Source: Deltaproteobacteria bacterium (GTDB lineage: Bacteria > Desulfobacterota > Desulfarculia > JACQYL01). Taken from it: 64,000 nucleotides of DNA. Position 1 is the first letter of the stretch, and every line of letters begins with the position of its first letter. Below the pieces are notes generated by a model. It was not told where the DNA came from, did no database searches, and saw only the letters and a list, made by a program, of their open reading frames with translations. This document shows, one piece after another, positions 1-9,270 of this stretch. The position numbers and the translations under genes were made by a program. The stretch lies in contig JACQYL010000024.1 in NCBI GenBank assembly GCA_016208165.1, positions 3,234-67,233 of the forward strand, read 5' to 3'.

Positions 1-380
1 TTGCCTAGGATCCGGCCACGTAAAACCGTTCCTGAGCCAAGACGGCCGGAACACCCGGTACTCCCCCCAAAAAATGCTTCCCCCACTTCTTCCTCGGTCG
101 GAAAACCATCAAAGCGGAAAAAACCGGCTGCAGTCCGGCGGCTCGCGGTGAAACGGTCCGGTAATGTCTCTATCCCAGCCCCTGTTTCACGACCAGACGC
201 TGTAAGCTGAAATATACGTCCTCTACACTGCGCCGGAAGACCGCGATGCCTCGATTGCTCTTGCGATTGGAGCCGCGACGGGATACCATATCCGAGCATC
301 CATCCAAACGACCCTTCTTGTCCTTATGACCCGTTCGCAGCGGTCTTTTTCCTGAAACCCGCAAAAGGGAGCCATGAACC

Positions 381-1733
381 ATGGAAGACAAAAAGGAAAA
401 AAAGACTTCAGGGAAGACGTTACAGACGGCCCGGGAGGCAGGCTATTTTGGCAAAAAAATGTTGAAAAACGCCATCGAAGCCGCCAAAGAGGGCCGCCCG
501 ACGGCCTGGTCCATGGTTACCTGGTGGGAGGGCGAACTGATCGCCAGGGCCATGGGCCTCGAGGTGGTATTTCCAGAAAACTACGGCGCTTTTTGTGCCT
601 CCGTGCGTCAGGCCGAACGATTTCTCGAAATCAGCGATTCCGAAGGGTTTCCTAGCACGCTCTGCGGCTACGCCAGGAATTGCTTTGGCTACGCCAAGAC
701 TCTGAAGGATAACCGGTTTGTGCCGCCGGTGGACGCGCCCGGAGGGGGATTGGCGAAACCGGCGGTCCTCATCGGCTCGGGAGCCGGCTGCGATGCGCGC
801 TATAAGTGGTTTCAGGCATTGGGACGATTTCTGGACGATACTCCTCTCTGGACCCTGGAACTTCCTCAAACGGGCACCTTCGAGTATTTCTTGCCGGGGA
901 ATAAAGAACGAAACATCCAATTCATTACACATCAATTGAGGGAATTCGTGGCTTTCCTGGAAAGCCTTCTGGGCAAGAAAATGGATTGGGACTATTACGG
1001 TCAAGTTTTGGACCAAACCATCAAGATATTGAACCTGGCCCGCGAAGTGGACGAACTTCGCAAGGCGATACCATCACCCATGGTGGCCCAGGATTTCTGG
1101 GCGGTCATGATGGCTCACCTGTATATGCCGCACGACCCGGAAGCATATGAATTCTATCAACGCGTGTACGCTGAAGTAAAAAACAGGGTCGATCATGGGA
1201 TCCCCGCCGTTCCCAACGAAAAGTACCGTGTGATGTTTTCCGAGCTTCCTCCCTGGCATTCCCTGGGATTCTTTGACCGGTTGGCGGAGGAGCTGGGAAT
1301 CGTGGTGGCTATCGAAAGCTGGAGTTATCACGCGGCGGGCCTGCCTGAAAAAGAGAGGCACGGGGTTACGGATCCGTTGGAATTGAACGCCCGGATAACC
1401 TACCACAAGTGGATGGAATATAACGAGTTTGCCCGGAAGTACGATATCAGCTCGAGTTTCATGATGGGTCCTGCGCTGGATTGGGCGAAAAAGTATAAAG
1501 TGGACGGGTTCCTGGCGCATCCGCTCCGGTCCTGCCGCCCGGCGACGTACTCGCTGCTGGACGCCAGGAATCTTTTGCTCGAAGAAATCAAGGTGCCCGG
1601 CGTGATCGTCGAAGGCGATATTGTGGACTTGCGGGTGTTTAATGAGGAAGAGGCCATGGATAAGATGGGAACATTCACAGAAACCATGGACCACTACCGG
1701 GAGGTCAGAAAGCAGGAAGGATTCGACTGGTAA
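381..1733 (+). CDS. 2-hydroxyacyl-CoA dehydratase / benzoyl-CoA reductase BcrC-BadD-HgdB family subunit
   Basis: 450-aa ORF with family-typical Cys-containing motifs. GGGAG RBS sits 10 nt upstream of the ATG at 381. The partner subunit presumably lies outside the window. Confidence 0.75.
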   Translation: MEDKKEKKTSGKTLQTAREAGYFGKKMLKNAIEAAKEGRPTAWSMVTWWEGELIARAMGLEVVFPENYGAFCASVRQAERFLEISDSEGFPSTLCGYARNCFGYAKTLKDNRFVPPVDAPGGGLAKPAVLIGSGAGCDARYKWFQALGRFLDDTPLWTLELPQTGTFEYFLPGNKERNIQFITHQLREFVAFLESLLGKKMDWDYYGQVLDQTIKILNLAREVDELRKAIPSPMVAQDFWAVMMAHLYMPHDPEAYEFYQRVYAEVKNRVDHGIPAVPNEKYRVMFSELPPWHSLGFFDRLAEELGIVVAIESWSYHAAGLPEKERHGVTDPLELNARITYHKWMEYNEFARKYDISSSFMMGPALDWAKKYKVDGFLAHPLRSCRPATYSLLDARNLLLEEIKVPGVIVEGDIVDLRVFNEEEAMDKMGTFTETMDHYREVRKQEGFDW

Positions 1734-1952
1734 TCCTGTTAAGGCGGAGACCGGACAGTCGGGCTGCGATCGGCAGAGGGAAATCTCGGCTTGCCTTGAG
1801 CCAATCACCGAAGGGCGCAATCCGGGCGCCAAACGGATGCGTCACACCCTCGTCAATCCGCTATCCAACTTCATCAAGAGTACGACTCCTTCGGCGCAGC
1901 CTTTTTGAAAAGACTTTGCCGAAGGAGATCCACATACCCTGTTTCTATCGGC

Positions 1953-3227
1953 TCATTTGTCCTGCTTGCCCACTTGCACGTGCACTGTTGCGTTAATAGG
2001 CGTTTTGGAAAGCAGGACCTGGTTCGCTTCATCCCCTACTTCGGGAACAAGCACGAGATGATACAAGGGAAGGGCCGCTTCGGGGCTCGTTTCCTGGTCG
2101 AATTTGCCCGAATACCTCCACGTGTACGAAGGCGCCAGCGGGAATGAGAGCGTGACCTGGCTCGTGGCGGCCTGCGGCAATAAGGCCGGCTCGGGAGAGA
2201 CATGCTCTATCAGCGTCTGAGCATCCGCCACTCGATGGCCGGCCTGATCGAGGACCGCGAAATGCAACGAAATGGCGTGATCCGTTGTGGACGCTCCGGA
2301 GGCCGGATTCATCGACAGATCAAGCGTCAGGGTCACATACGTATCTTCGCCAAACAGCGTCTGGGTCTGGCAGTCTACGAACCGGCACGGATCGAATGGT
2401 ATTTCGAGCGTCGGGCGCATGGCCGCCGGATGTCCCGGACCAAGGTCTCCATAATCGAATATCCATTGGGACGGACCCTCGATGATGTGCTGCGGAGGGC
2501 ATCCGTAGCTGCAAAACGACTCGGGAGGGCAGATCATCCATTCCGACACGTACGTGTACTCCTCCGGACAGTTGTCTCTGTCGTCCGGAACGCCGTCTCC
2601 ATCGTCGTCGTCATCGCAGGCGTTCCCCGAACCGTCATCATCGATGTCGCCCTGATCGTGATTCGAGACGGACAGGCAGTTGTCGCATACGTCCCCGACA
2701 TCGTCTCCGTCCGTGTCCGTCTGACTCGCATTGGCCTCGTATTGGCAATTGTCGCTCGTATTGGCTACTCCATCGCCATCCATATCGGAATCACAAGCAT
2801 CTCCCTGTCCGTCTCCGTCGGCGTTTTCCTGGTCGCGATTGCGAACGGACCGGCAGTTGTCCACATTGTCTCGCACTCCGTCATCGTCCGTATCGTCGCA
2901 GACGTCTCCCTCGTCGTCTCCGTCGAAATCCGCCTGTTCCGGGTTGGACGAATTGGGACAATTGTCTGAAGTGTTGTTAATATGGTCTCCGTCAATGTCG
3001 GCGTCACAGGCGTCGCCCTCGCCGTCGCCGTCCCGGTCCCGTTGGGATGAATTGGGAACAAGGACGCAGTTGTCCGTGTCGTCCGGAGCCATATCGTTGT
3101 CGTCGTCCGTGTCGAACCGGTCTTCCTCTCCGTCGCAGTCCTGGTCGGGGAAACCGAGTTCAACCGCGGCGAACGCGTTTTTCACCTGGCAGCAGTCGTC
3201 GGCGGTCACCGTTCCCTCACCGATCAA
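1953..3227 (-). CDS. Secreted Ca-binding protein with thrombospondin type-3 (TSP3) repeats
   Basis: Many tandem D-x-D-x-D-G-x-x-D-x-C-D / DNCPxxxNxxQxDxD repeats (extreme Asp content), followed by a C-terminal Cys-containing domain. Annotated start is TTG overlapping the stop of the upstream protease gene in another frame. Confidence 0.6.
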   Translation of the reverse strand: MIGEGTVTADDCCQVKNAFAAVELGFPDQDCDGEEDRFDTDDDNDMAPDDTDNCVLVPNSSQRDRDGDGEGDACDADIDGDHINNTSDNCPNSSNPEQADFDGDDEGDVCDDTDDDGVRDNVDNCRSVRNRDQENADGDGQGDACDSDMDGDGVANTSDNCQYEANASQTDTDGDDVGDVCDNCLSVSNHDQGDIDDDGSGNACDDDDDGDGVPDDRDNCPEEYTYVSEWMICPPESFCSYGCPPQHIIEGPSQWIFDYGDLGPGHPAAMRPTLEIPFDPCRFVDCQTQTLFGEDTYVTLTLDLSMNPASGASTTDHAISLHFAVLDQAGHRVADAQTLIEHVSPEPALLPQAATSQVTLSFPLAPSYTWRYSGKFDQETSPEAALPLYHLVLVPEVGDEANQVLLSKTPINATVHVQVGKQDK

Positions 3228-5422
3228 ATCCCGGCAGGCATCCTGTATGCCGTTCGAAAAATCCCCGAACCCCGTGTTTCTGTCGAGCTCATCAATGATG
3301 TTTTATAGTAGACGGCTCTGGATTTTTCCTCGCCGATTCCGGTAACGATGACTGTACGGAACGTCCCCCCGTCGGTCATCAAAAAGCCGGCTTTGTTTAG
3401 GATGCCGCAGTTCGTGTGCACTCCGCCTTCGTCACTGGTGGTGTTTACATACGCCGAATAATGGTCCGGATCGCTGTCGCATCGCGGGGGATCAGCCATG
3501 TCTCGCAAACTCCCGCAGGTTGAAGCGAGACCCAAAACACTGCCCTCACCCATCTGCCAATTGCAGTCCGGTCCCGTCCAGCACTCGAAAAAGTGCCCGA
3601 ACATATCCGCTACATGCTCCGCCACCGCGCCGCTTTCGTTGCTGTAGACGAAGTTGGTTTCCGAATCGTGAAAAGAGTGCCCGAACTCGTGCCCGTAAGC
3701 ATCGGGTGTGCACATCCCGCTCGAGAACTGATGGATCGTCCACGCGCCGCAATCCGTGGAACTGGCGTTGTCCGGACTGAATCCAACATCCAGGTAGGTC
3801 CAAATGTAGGAGTCGTCTCCGTCGTAGGACCTCCGCCCGAAGACGCTCAGGTAAAAATCATAGATCCTTCTGCTCAAAAAGTCCGCGTCCACGCCCTCCG
3901 TGTCCGGGTTCACGCAGGCGTACCCTTCGAGAGGACAATAATTGAATTTCCGGCAGTGCCTCGAGTAATCGCATTCCCCTTCCTCGTCGTACCATTGCTC
4001 CCTCCGGGTGGCCTGCCAGGCGAAACAGGTGCTGCTCGTGTTGCCCTCCGCGGTAAAAAGATTGAGCTGGAGCTCACCGTCGGTCCGTGCCTGCTGAAAG
4101 AGAATTTCTCCCGTAAAGGCGTCTACAAAAGCATCCGCCACGGCTCCATGCTCTTTCGGGGAGAAAAACACGACCCGCCAGCCCAGGCGGGGATCATACG
4201 AGACTTCGGGGCAGTTGGGGCATTCCGGGGCGAGGAGAGCGGCATCGAAAATCCACAGTTTCGGAGGAATGACCACCTCCAATTCTGAAAGAGAGGCGAT
4301 GCCGTTGGCCTCGGCCACGGCCAGCAGCGCATCCTTCCCATCCAAAGCCGCCGAAGTGTCGGTCAACTGGAGGTCCGGAACATACCTGCCCGAAAGGGAG
4401 TCCAGCGAGAATGAGTCGCCGGATTCCTTAACGGACATTTTGAACCATGAACCGTATACGGGAATGTCCTTGTAGGTCTGCTCGAAGTGATATTTCTTTG
4501 AAGCGGTTCCCGCGCGCTTGATGATCCTCAGGCTCTTCTTGGGCTCGGTGATTCTCAAGAGCCCTTGAGTGGCAGGGAGGAGCCCTAGAACAACATCGTC
4601 CGAAGTAAATCCCGAAGGCAGGTCGGACCTTTTCAGGCTGAAACCGAGGTCCATCCGTCTCAGAACCCCTTGATGCACCGTTCCTCTTAATATCTGTTGA
4701 CCCAGCCCCAGCGCCAGGTAGCGAAATACGTCCGTTTGGCCCTTTTCAGAGGTATCGCTGCTGCCTCCAATGAACTTGACTTCCGCGCTCGCGACATTCG
4801 AAAGAAGGTTCTCCCCGGTCAAAGGCTGTCCTCCTTTGAGAAGCGCCGCGAGCAAAGTGAATTTCAGAGGGCCCATGGGATTGGGCAACTTGAAGGTGAA
4901 CACTTCATAACTCCCGCTACCCTGAGAAATCCCCGTCCGCGCCGGAACAGCGGCCCAATCCAGAGGCGACAGGTCGTTGCCCGTAAAGAACAACGGTGCG
5001 CTTTGGCCGTCCAGCCAAGCCGCTGCATACAGGTCGGCGGTTTCCTTGGACGAATCGAAGGAGACATTCACCTTGACCACGAACATGTCCCCTCCGAAGT
5101 ATGCGGTTTTCAGGCCCGTAAAGGCGACGGCGCTCGATGCGGCAGCCACCGGTGAAGCTCCCGACAGCGCCTTCGAGAAGGGTACGCCGTATTCGGCGGA
5201 CGGCTTTGGAGCAGGCCTCAACTTGCTCACGTCGATACCGGGGGAATCGCCCCGGGCAGGGTGCGAATCGGGACCATTAAAGATACGGCTGAAGCGCTCC
5301 AACGTCTCGGTTTCAACGGAGGCGGCGTCTCGCGCCGCTTCAGCGGACGCGACTATGAACAGACAGAGACAAAAGAATGACAGAACCCGCAGAACGTACA
5401 AGTGGCAAGCTGTCTTGGCCAT
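3224..5422 (-). CDS. Secreted thermolysin-like (M4 family) zinc metalloprotease, large N-terminal propeptide/extension
   Basis: N-terminal signal peptide. HEFGH zinc motif, then a downstream Glu ligand region and the GGVHTNCGILNKAGF motif typical of M4 peptidases. Confidence 0.7.
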   Translation of the reverse strand: MAKTACHLYVLRVLSFFCLCLFIVASAEAARDAASVETETLERFSRIFNGPDSHPARGDSPGIDVSKLRPAPKPSAEYGVPFSKALSGASPVAAASSAVAFTGLKTAYFGGDMFVVKVNVSFDSSKETADLYAAAWLDGQSAPLFFTGNDLSPLDWAAVPARTGISQGSGSYEVFTFKLPNPMGPLKFTLLAALLKGGQPLTGENLLSNVASAEVKFIGGSSDTSEKGQTDVFRYLALGLGQQILRGTVHQGVLRRMDLGFSLKRSDLPSGFTSDDVVLGLLPATQGLLRITEPKKSLRIIKRAGTASKKYHFEQTYKDIPVYGSWFKMSVKESGDSFSLDSLSGRYVPDLQLTDTSAALDGKDALLAVAEANGIASLSELEVVIPPKLWIFDAALLAPECPNCPEVSYDPRLGWRVVFFSPKEHGAVADAFVDAFTGEILFQQARTDGELQLNLFTAEGNTSSTCFAWQATRREQWYDEEGECDYSRHCRKFNYCPLEGYACVNPDTEGVDADFLSRRIYDFYLSVFGRRSYDGDDSYIWTYLDVGFSPDNASSTDCGAWTIHQFSSGMCTPDAYGHEFGHSFHDSETNFVYSNESGAVAEHVADMFGHFFECWTGPDCNWQMGEGSVLGLASTCGSLRDMADPPRCDSDPDHYSAYVNTTSDEGGVHTNCGILNKAGFLMTDGGTFRTVIVTGIGEEKSRAVYYKTSLMSSTETRGSGIFRTAYRMPAGI

Positions 5423-6074
5423 TAGTACCCTCCTTCTAATTTCCGTTGGTTCATGCGAATGTTCAAAAGAACCAAACGGCTTTCTTAACGGGTTGCCTGG
5501 AATTTCCGGTCGCCCTGGCCACCTTGAAGGCCGAGCCCGTCACCGGAGTGGGCGCGCTTGTTGTTAGCAGCGCGGTGAAGCGAGCGACGCGAAAGCGCTG
5601 CTTTTCTTGGGAGAGCTATTCGTTTCACATACCGGCCAATGGTCGGCATGTTTAATGGGGAAGAGCCGTGTCGGCGCTGTTGGAGCGGGGACCATTCATC
5701 ATTGCCATAACAATACGAAGACAATATATAAATTATATTCGGCCTTGCGCTTCTGTGTCAATGCGGCCCGATATCGTTTGCCCCTGCCTAAACAGGACAT
5801 CCGGGCGCCCCTCGTCTTGGGGACCAATGGACCCAACGGATCGAACATCCCCTATGCCCATTGCCATGAGAGGTCGCCGGTTTCCATGCGGGGGCGAGGG
5901 TTGGGGCATGTGGCAATCTCCCAACGAAGAACAGGGTTCCGCCGCTTTCTCCCTGCCGACAGCACCTATCAGACAGGTCACACTTCGGGCGCCTTCCCGG
6001 CCGGGACGCAGCTCTTCTTAAACAGTTCAAGAAACCGAGACCGATAAACGCTTGACAATCTTCTTCTCGCAAAG

Positions 6075-6290
6075 TTATAGGTGACCAAATTCAGCTCGTA
6101 TCGAAATGCTGGTGGCTCCGGAACGGAGCCTGATAGGGAAGCCGGTGAAACACCGGCACGGACCCGCCGCTGTAACCGGGGACGAAACCCGCAACGGCCA
6201 CTGTGCGGCAAGTGTTTTTGGCGAAGCCGCATGGGAAGGCGCGGGAATTAGGATGATCCGGAAGTCAGAAGACCTGCCGGGCGATTTCGG
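6075..6290 (+). promoter_or_regulatory. Cobalamin (B12) riboswitch
   Basis: Conserved elements seen directly: AAGGGAAGCCGGTGAAA, GCTGTAACCGGGGACGAA, CCACTG, GGGAAGG and the B12 box AGTCAGAAGACCTGCC. Same strand as, and upstream of, the bzaF-like gene. Confidence 0.8.
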
Positions 6291-6329
6291 ACGACGCGAC
6301 TAAGAACCACAGTTGGTGGAGATGGCAAA

Positions 6330-6365
6330 TCCCCAAGCTGGTAATCCGGCTTGGGGATTTTTATT
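6330..6365 (+). terminator. Intrinsic terminator / riboswitch expression platform
   Basis: Stem CCCCAAGCTGG, loop TAAT, stem CCGGCTTGGGG (one mismatch), then ATTTTTATTT. Immediately 3' of the B12 aptamer. Confidence 0.65.
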
Positions 6366-6538
6366 TGAAGCGATTCACGGAGCACGTGTGGAAGCTCTCG
6401 GGGGAATCCGCCGGAGGCAGACCCGAACCCACCCCTGGATTTCATGAACTGAGCGCCTCCCAAGGGTTGGCGCCCTCAAGGCAATTGCCATGTCGGGGAG
6501 GTTCCTGAGTCACAGCGCGGAGCCCGCGGCTTGGTCCA

Positions 6539-6603
6539 GGGTCTCCCCGCGGGACGCGGGGTGACCCGTTTCTTGAAAGTTTTGGGAAGGGTTTGGGGCA
6601 CCC
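6539..6603 (+). repeat. Conserved leader element A: 29-nt palindrome GGTCTCCCCGCGGGACGCGGGGTGACC plus AAAGTTTTGGGAAGGGTTTGG motif
   Basis: Near-identical copy at 9161-9260 (element B). Lies between the riboswitch terminator and the bzaF start. Confidence 0.7.
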
Positions 6604-6645
6604 TGTTAACGAACTCTTTCTCTTTCCGTAACAAAGGAGGTTACC

Positions 6646-7959
6646 GTGCATCAAACGCAACTCGAACGAGCCGTGGCAGGTGAAACGACGCCGGAAATGG
6701 CGCAGTTGGCCCGGGACGAAGGTCTTGGGGCTGAGGTCATTCGCGAACGCATCGCCGAGGGGCGGATCGTAATTCCGCTTAACCGGAACCGGAAAGTCCG
6801 CCTGGTAGGCATTGGGATGGGGCTTTCCACCAAGATCAACGCTTCCATCGGAACGTCCACGGACATCGCGGACATCGACGCGGAAGTACGAAAAGCGATT
6901 ACGGCCCAGGAAGCCGGAGCGGATACGTTGATGGAACTGTCCGTGGGCGGCGACCTGGATCGGATTCGGAGAGAGGTAATCGCCGCAGTGGAATTGCCGG
7001 TGGGGAACGTACCCCTGTATCAGGCGTTTTGCGAAGCCACTCGCAAATACGGCGATCCCAACCGGCTGGATGAGGAAATGCTCTTCGATCTGATTGAACG
7101 GCAGTGCGAAGACGGCATTTCATTTATGGCCATTCACTGCGGCATCAATTTGTATACCATCGAGCGACTGGAAAAACAAGGTTACCGCTACGGCGGTCTG
7201 GTGAGCAAAGGCGGCGCTTCCCTGGTGGCCTGGATGAAGGCCAACGGTAAGGAGAACCCGTTATACGACCGGTTCGACCGGGTAGCTGGAATCCTCAAGA
7301 AATACGACGTGGTGCTTTCCCTGGGAAACGGTCTCCGGGCGGGCTCCATCGGAGATTCCTTCGACCGGGCCATGGTCCAGGAATTGATCATCAACTGCGA
7401 GCTGGCTGAAGAAGGCCGCCGGCTGGGCTGTCAGATGATGGTGGAAGGACCCGGACACGTGCCCATGGACGAAATCGAAGCCAATATCATTCTGCAGAAG
7501 CGCATGAGCAACTACGCTCCATATTACATGCTCGGACCTCTACCCACGGACGTGGGCGCCGCCTACGATCACGTGGTGGCCGCCATCGGTGCGGCCCAGT
7601 CGGCTCGTTACGGCGCGGACCTCATCTGCTACATCACTCCGGCCGAGCATCTGGCATTACCCAACGAGAAGGACGTGGCCGAAGGGGTGAAAGTGGCCCG
7701 CCTGGCCGCCCATATCGGCGATCTTTCGAAGCATCCGGAACGCTTTCGAGGCCGGGATCTGACCATGAGCAAAGCACGCCGGGACTGCGACTGGGAAGGG
7801 CAGTTCGCGAACGCTTTGTTCCCCGCGGACGCGCGCCGCATCCGGCACGACCGTTCGCCCTCGAACGAAAAGGTGTGCACCATGTGCGGGGATTTCTGCG
7901 CGAATCGGGCCTCCACGGAACTTTTTCAAACGACCCTTCGCTCGAGTCATAAGGCCTAA
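6646..7959 (+). CDS. bzaF: ThiC-family radical SAM enzyme, probably 5-hydroxybenzimidazole synthase BzaF (alternatively HMP-P synthase ThiC)
   Basis: Full-length ThiC fold with C-terminal CTMCGDFC cluster motif. GTG start with AGGAGG RBS. Sits behind a cobalamin (not TPP) riboswitch and directly upstream of cobT, bzaC, bzaD, bzaE homologs. Confidence 0.7.
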   Translation: MHQTQLERAVAGETTPEMAQLARDEGLGAEVIRERIAEGRIVIPLNRNRKVRLVGIGMGLSTKINASIGTSTDIADIDAEVRKAITAQEAGADTLMELSVGGDLDRIRREVIAAVELPVGNVPLYQAFCEATRKYGDPNRLDEEMLFDLIERQCEDGISFMAIHCGINLYTIERLEKQGYRYGGLVSKGGASLVAWMKANGKENPLYDRFDRVAGILKKYDVVLSLGNGLRAGSIGDSFDRAMVQELIINCELAEEGRRLGCQMMVEGPGHVPMDEIEANIILQKRMSNYAPYYMLGPLPTDVGAAYDHVVAAIGAAQSARYGADLICYITPAEHLALPNEKDVAEGVKVARLAAHIGDLSKHPERFRGRDLTMSKARRDCDWEGQFANALFPADARRIRHDRSPSNEKVCTMCGDFCANRASTELFQTTLRSSHKA

Positions 7960-7973
7960 CCTGAGGATCAGAT

Positions 7974-9059
7974 ATGCTCGATACGACTATCCAACGCATC
8001 GGCCCCCTGGACCGGGCCGCAATGAACGAGGCCCGGCGTCATCACGACTCCCTGGCCATACCCAGGGGCAGCCTGGGCATGTTGCACGAATTGGGAGTGC
8101 GGCTCGCCGGCATCACGGGAACGCCGCTTCCTGAGATGAAGCGTCTCGCCGTAGTGACCATGGCCGGGGACCATGGCGTTGCGGCACAGGGAGTGAGTTG
8201 CTTTCCTTCCGAAGTGACTTGTCAGATGGTGAACAACTTCCTGCTCGGGGGCGCGGCCATCAACGTGCTCACGCGGCACGTGGGCGCGAGGCTCACCGTG
8301 GTGGACATGGGCGTGGCCGGAAGACTACCCGAGCCCGCCCTGACAGGAAACCGGAAGACCCGGTTTCTTGCCCGCCGGATCGCCGACGGAACACAGGACA
8401 TTTCCTTGGGTCCCGCCATGTCGATCGAACACGCACGGAAGGCGGTGGAAGCGGGCATCCGGGTGTTTGAAGAAGAACTCGAACTCGGACTGGACGCATT
8501 AGGCACCGGGGACATGGGCATCGGGAATACGACCCCTTCATCGGCTATTGCAGCCGTCCTGCTGAAACGCGATCCCGTTGAACTGGTCAACCGGGGCACG
8601 GGTCTCGACGACTACGCCCTACGCAACAAGATCGAAGTGGTGAAGCGCGCCCTCGCTGTGAATGCTCCGGATCCGGACAACCCCTTGGACGTGCTGGCCA
8701 AGGTGGGCGGTTACGAAATCGGAGGCATCGCCGGGCTCGTCCTTGCCGCCTGCGCGCACCGCGTCCCTGTAATGGTGGACGGTTTCATCTCCACGTCCGC
8801 CGCACTTCTGGCGAGCCGTTTTCATCCCCATGTGAAGGATTACCTCTTCAGCGGCCATCGCTGCCACGTGCTGGGACACGATCTGATACTGTCGAGCCTG
8901 GGACTCAGGCCCTTGGTGGATCTGGACATGCGCCTGGGAGAAGGCACCGGGGCCGCCTTCGGCCTGTCCATCCTTGCGGCGGCCGCGAGAATCGGAGCCG
9001 AGATGTTGACCTTCGAACAGGCCGCCGTAACGAACCCGAATGAAGAGAGAGCTTACTGA
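7974..9059 (+). CDS. cobT: Nicotinate-nucleotide--dimethylbenzimidazole phosphoribosyltransferase
   Basis: CobT family with LGEGTGA and MGIGNTT motifs. 361 aa. Confidence 0.85.
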   Translation: MLDTTIQRIGPLDRAAMNEARRHHDSLAIPRGSLGMLHELGVRLAGITGTPLPEMKRLAVVTMAGDHGVAAQGVSCFPSEVTCQMVNNFLLGGAAINVLTRHVGARLTVVDMGVAGRLPEPALTGNRKTRFLARRIADGTQDISLGPAMSIEHARKAVEAGIRVFEEELELGLDALGTGDMGIGNTTPSSAIAAVLLKRDPVELVNRGTGLDDYALRNKIEVVKRALAVNAPDPDNPLDVLAKVGGYEIGGIAGLVLAACAHRVPVMVDGFISTSAALLASRFHPHVKDYLFSGHRCHVLGHDLILSSLGLRPLVDLDMRLGEGTGAAFGLSILAAAARIGAEMLTFEQAAVTNPNEERAY

Positions 9060-9084
9060 GGGGAACTTTAGAAAGTTCCCCTCA
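9057..9084 (+). promoter_or_regulatory. Perfect 13-bp-arm palindrome overlapping the cobT stop (intra-operon hairpin, no U tract)
   Basis: TGAGGGGAACTTTAGAAAGTTCCCCTCA. Confidence 0.5.
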
Positions 9085-9160
9085 GACTCCCTTCAAATTC
9101 CTTAAGCGTGCCGCACCGCCTCCGGCTGAGCGGCTCAATCACTGAATGAATATCAGATGG

Positions 9161-9260
9161 GGTCCCGGGTCACCCCGCGGGACGCGGGGTGACCCCAATG
9201 AGAAAAGTCTTGGGAGGGGTTAGGTCCCGCCGCAGCGGGATTCTACAGAAGGGTTCCCCT
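9161..9260 (+). repeat. Conserved element B: palindrome GGGTCACCCCGCGGGACGCGGGGTGACCC plus AAAGTCTTGGGAGGGGTTAGG motif
   Basis: Paralogous to element A at 6539-6603. Lies in the cobT-bzaC spacer. Confidence 0.7.
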
Positions 9261-9270
9261 AACAACAGCT

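Noticed and set aside
1-210. 69-aa ORF at the window start
   Set aside because: Pro/Arg/Lys low-complexity translation with no start context, likely non-coding or the antisense of something upstream. Not reportable.
2202-2969. 255-aa + strand ORF (and several 65-130-aa ORFs) antisense to the TSP3-repeat gene
   Set aside because: Low-complexity Val/Ile/Arg-rich translation produced by the complement of GAC/GAT-rich repeats. No start context; overlaps a well-supported gene.
6646-7959. Calling this gene thiC (thiamine biosynthesis)
   Set aside because: Upstream riboswitch has B12-box and cobalamin aptamer elements, not a TPP (THI-box) motif. Immediate neighbours are cobT and B12-radical-SAM genes. 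BzaF is the more parsimonious call, though not proven.
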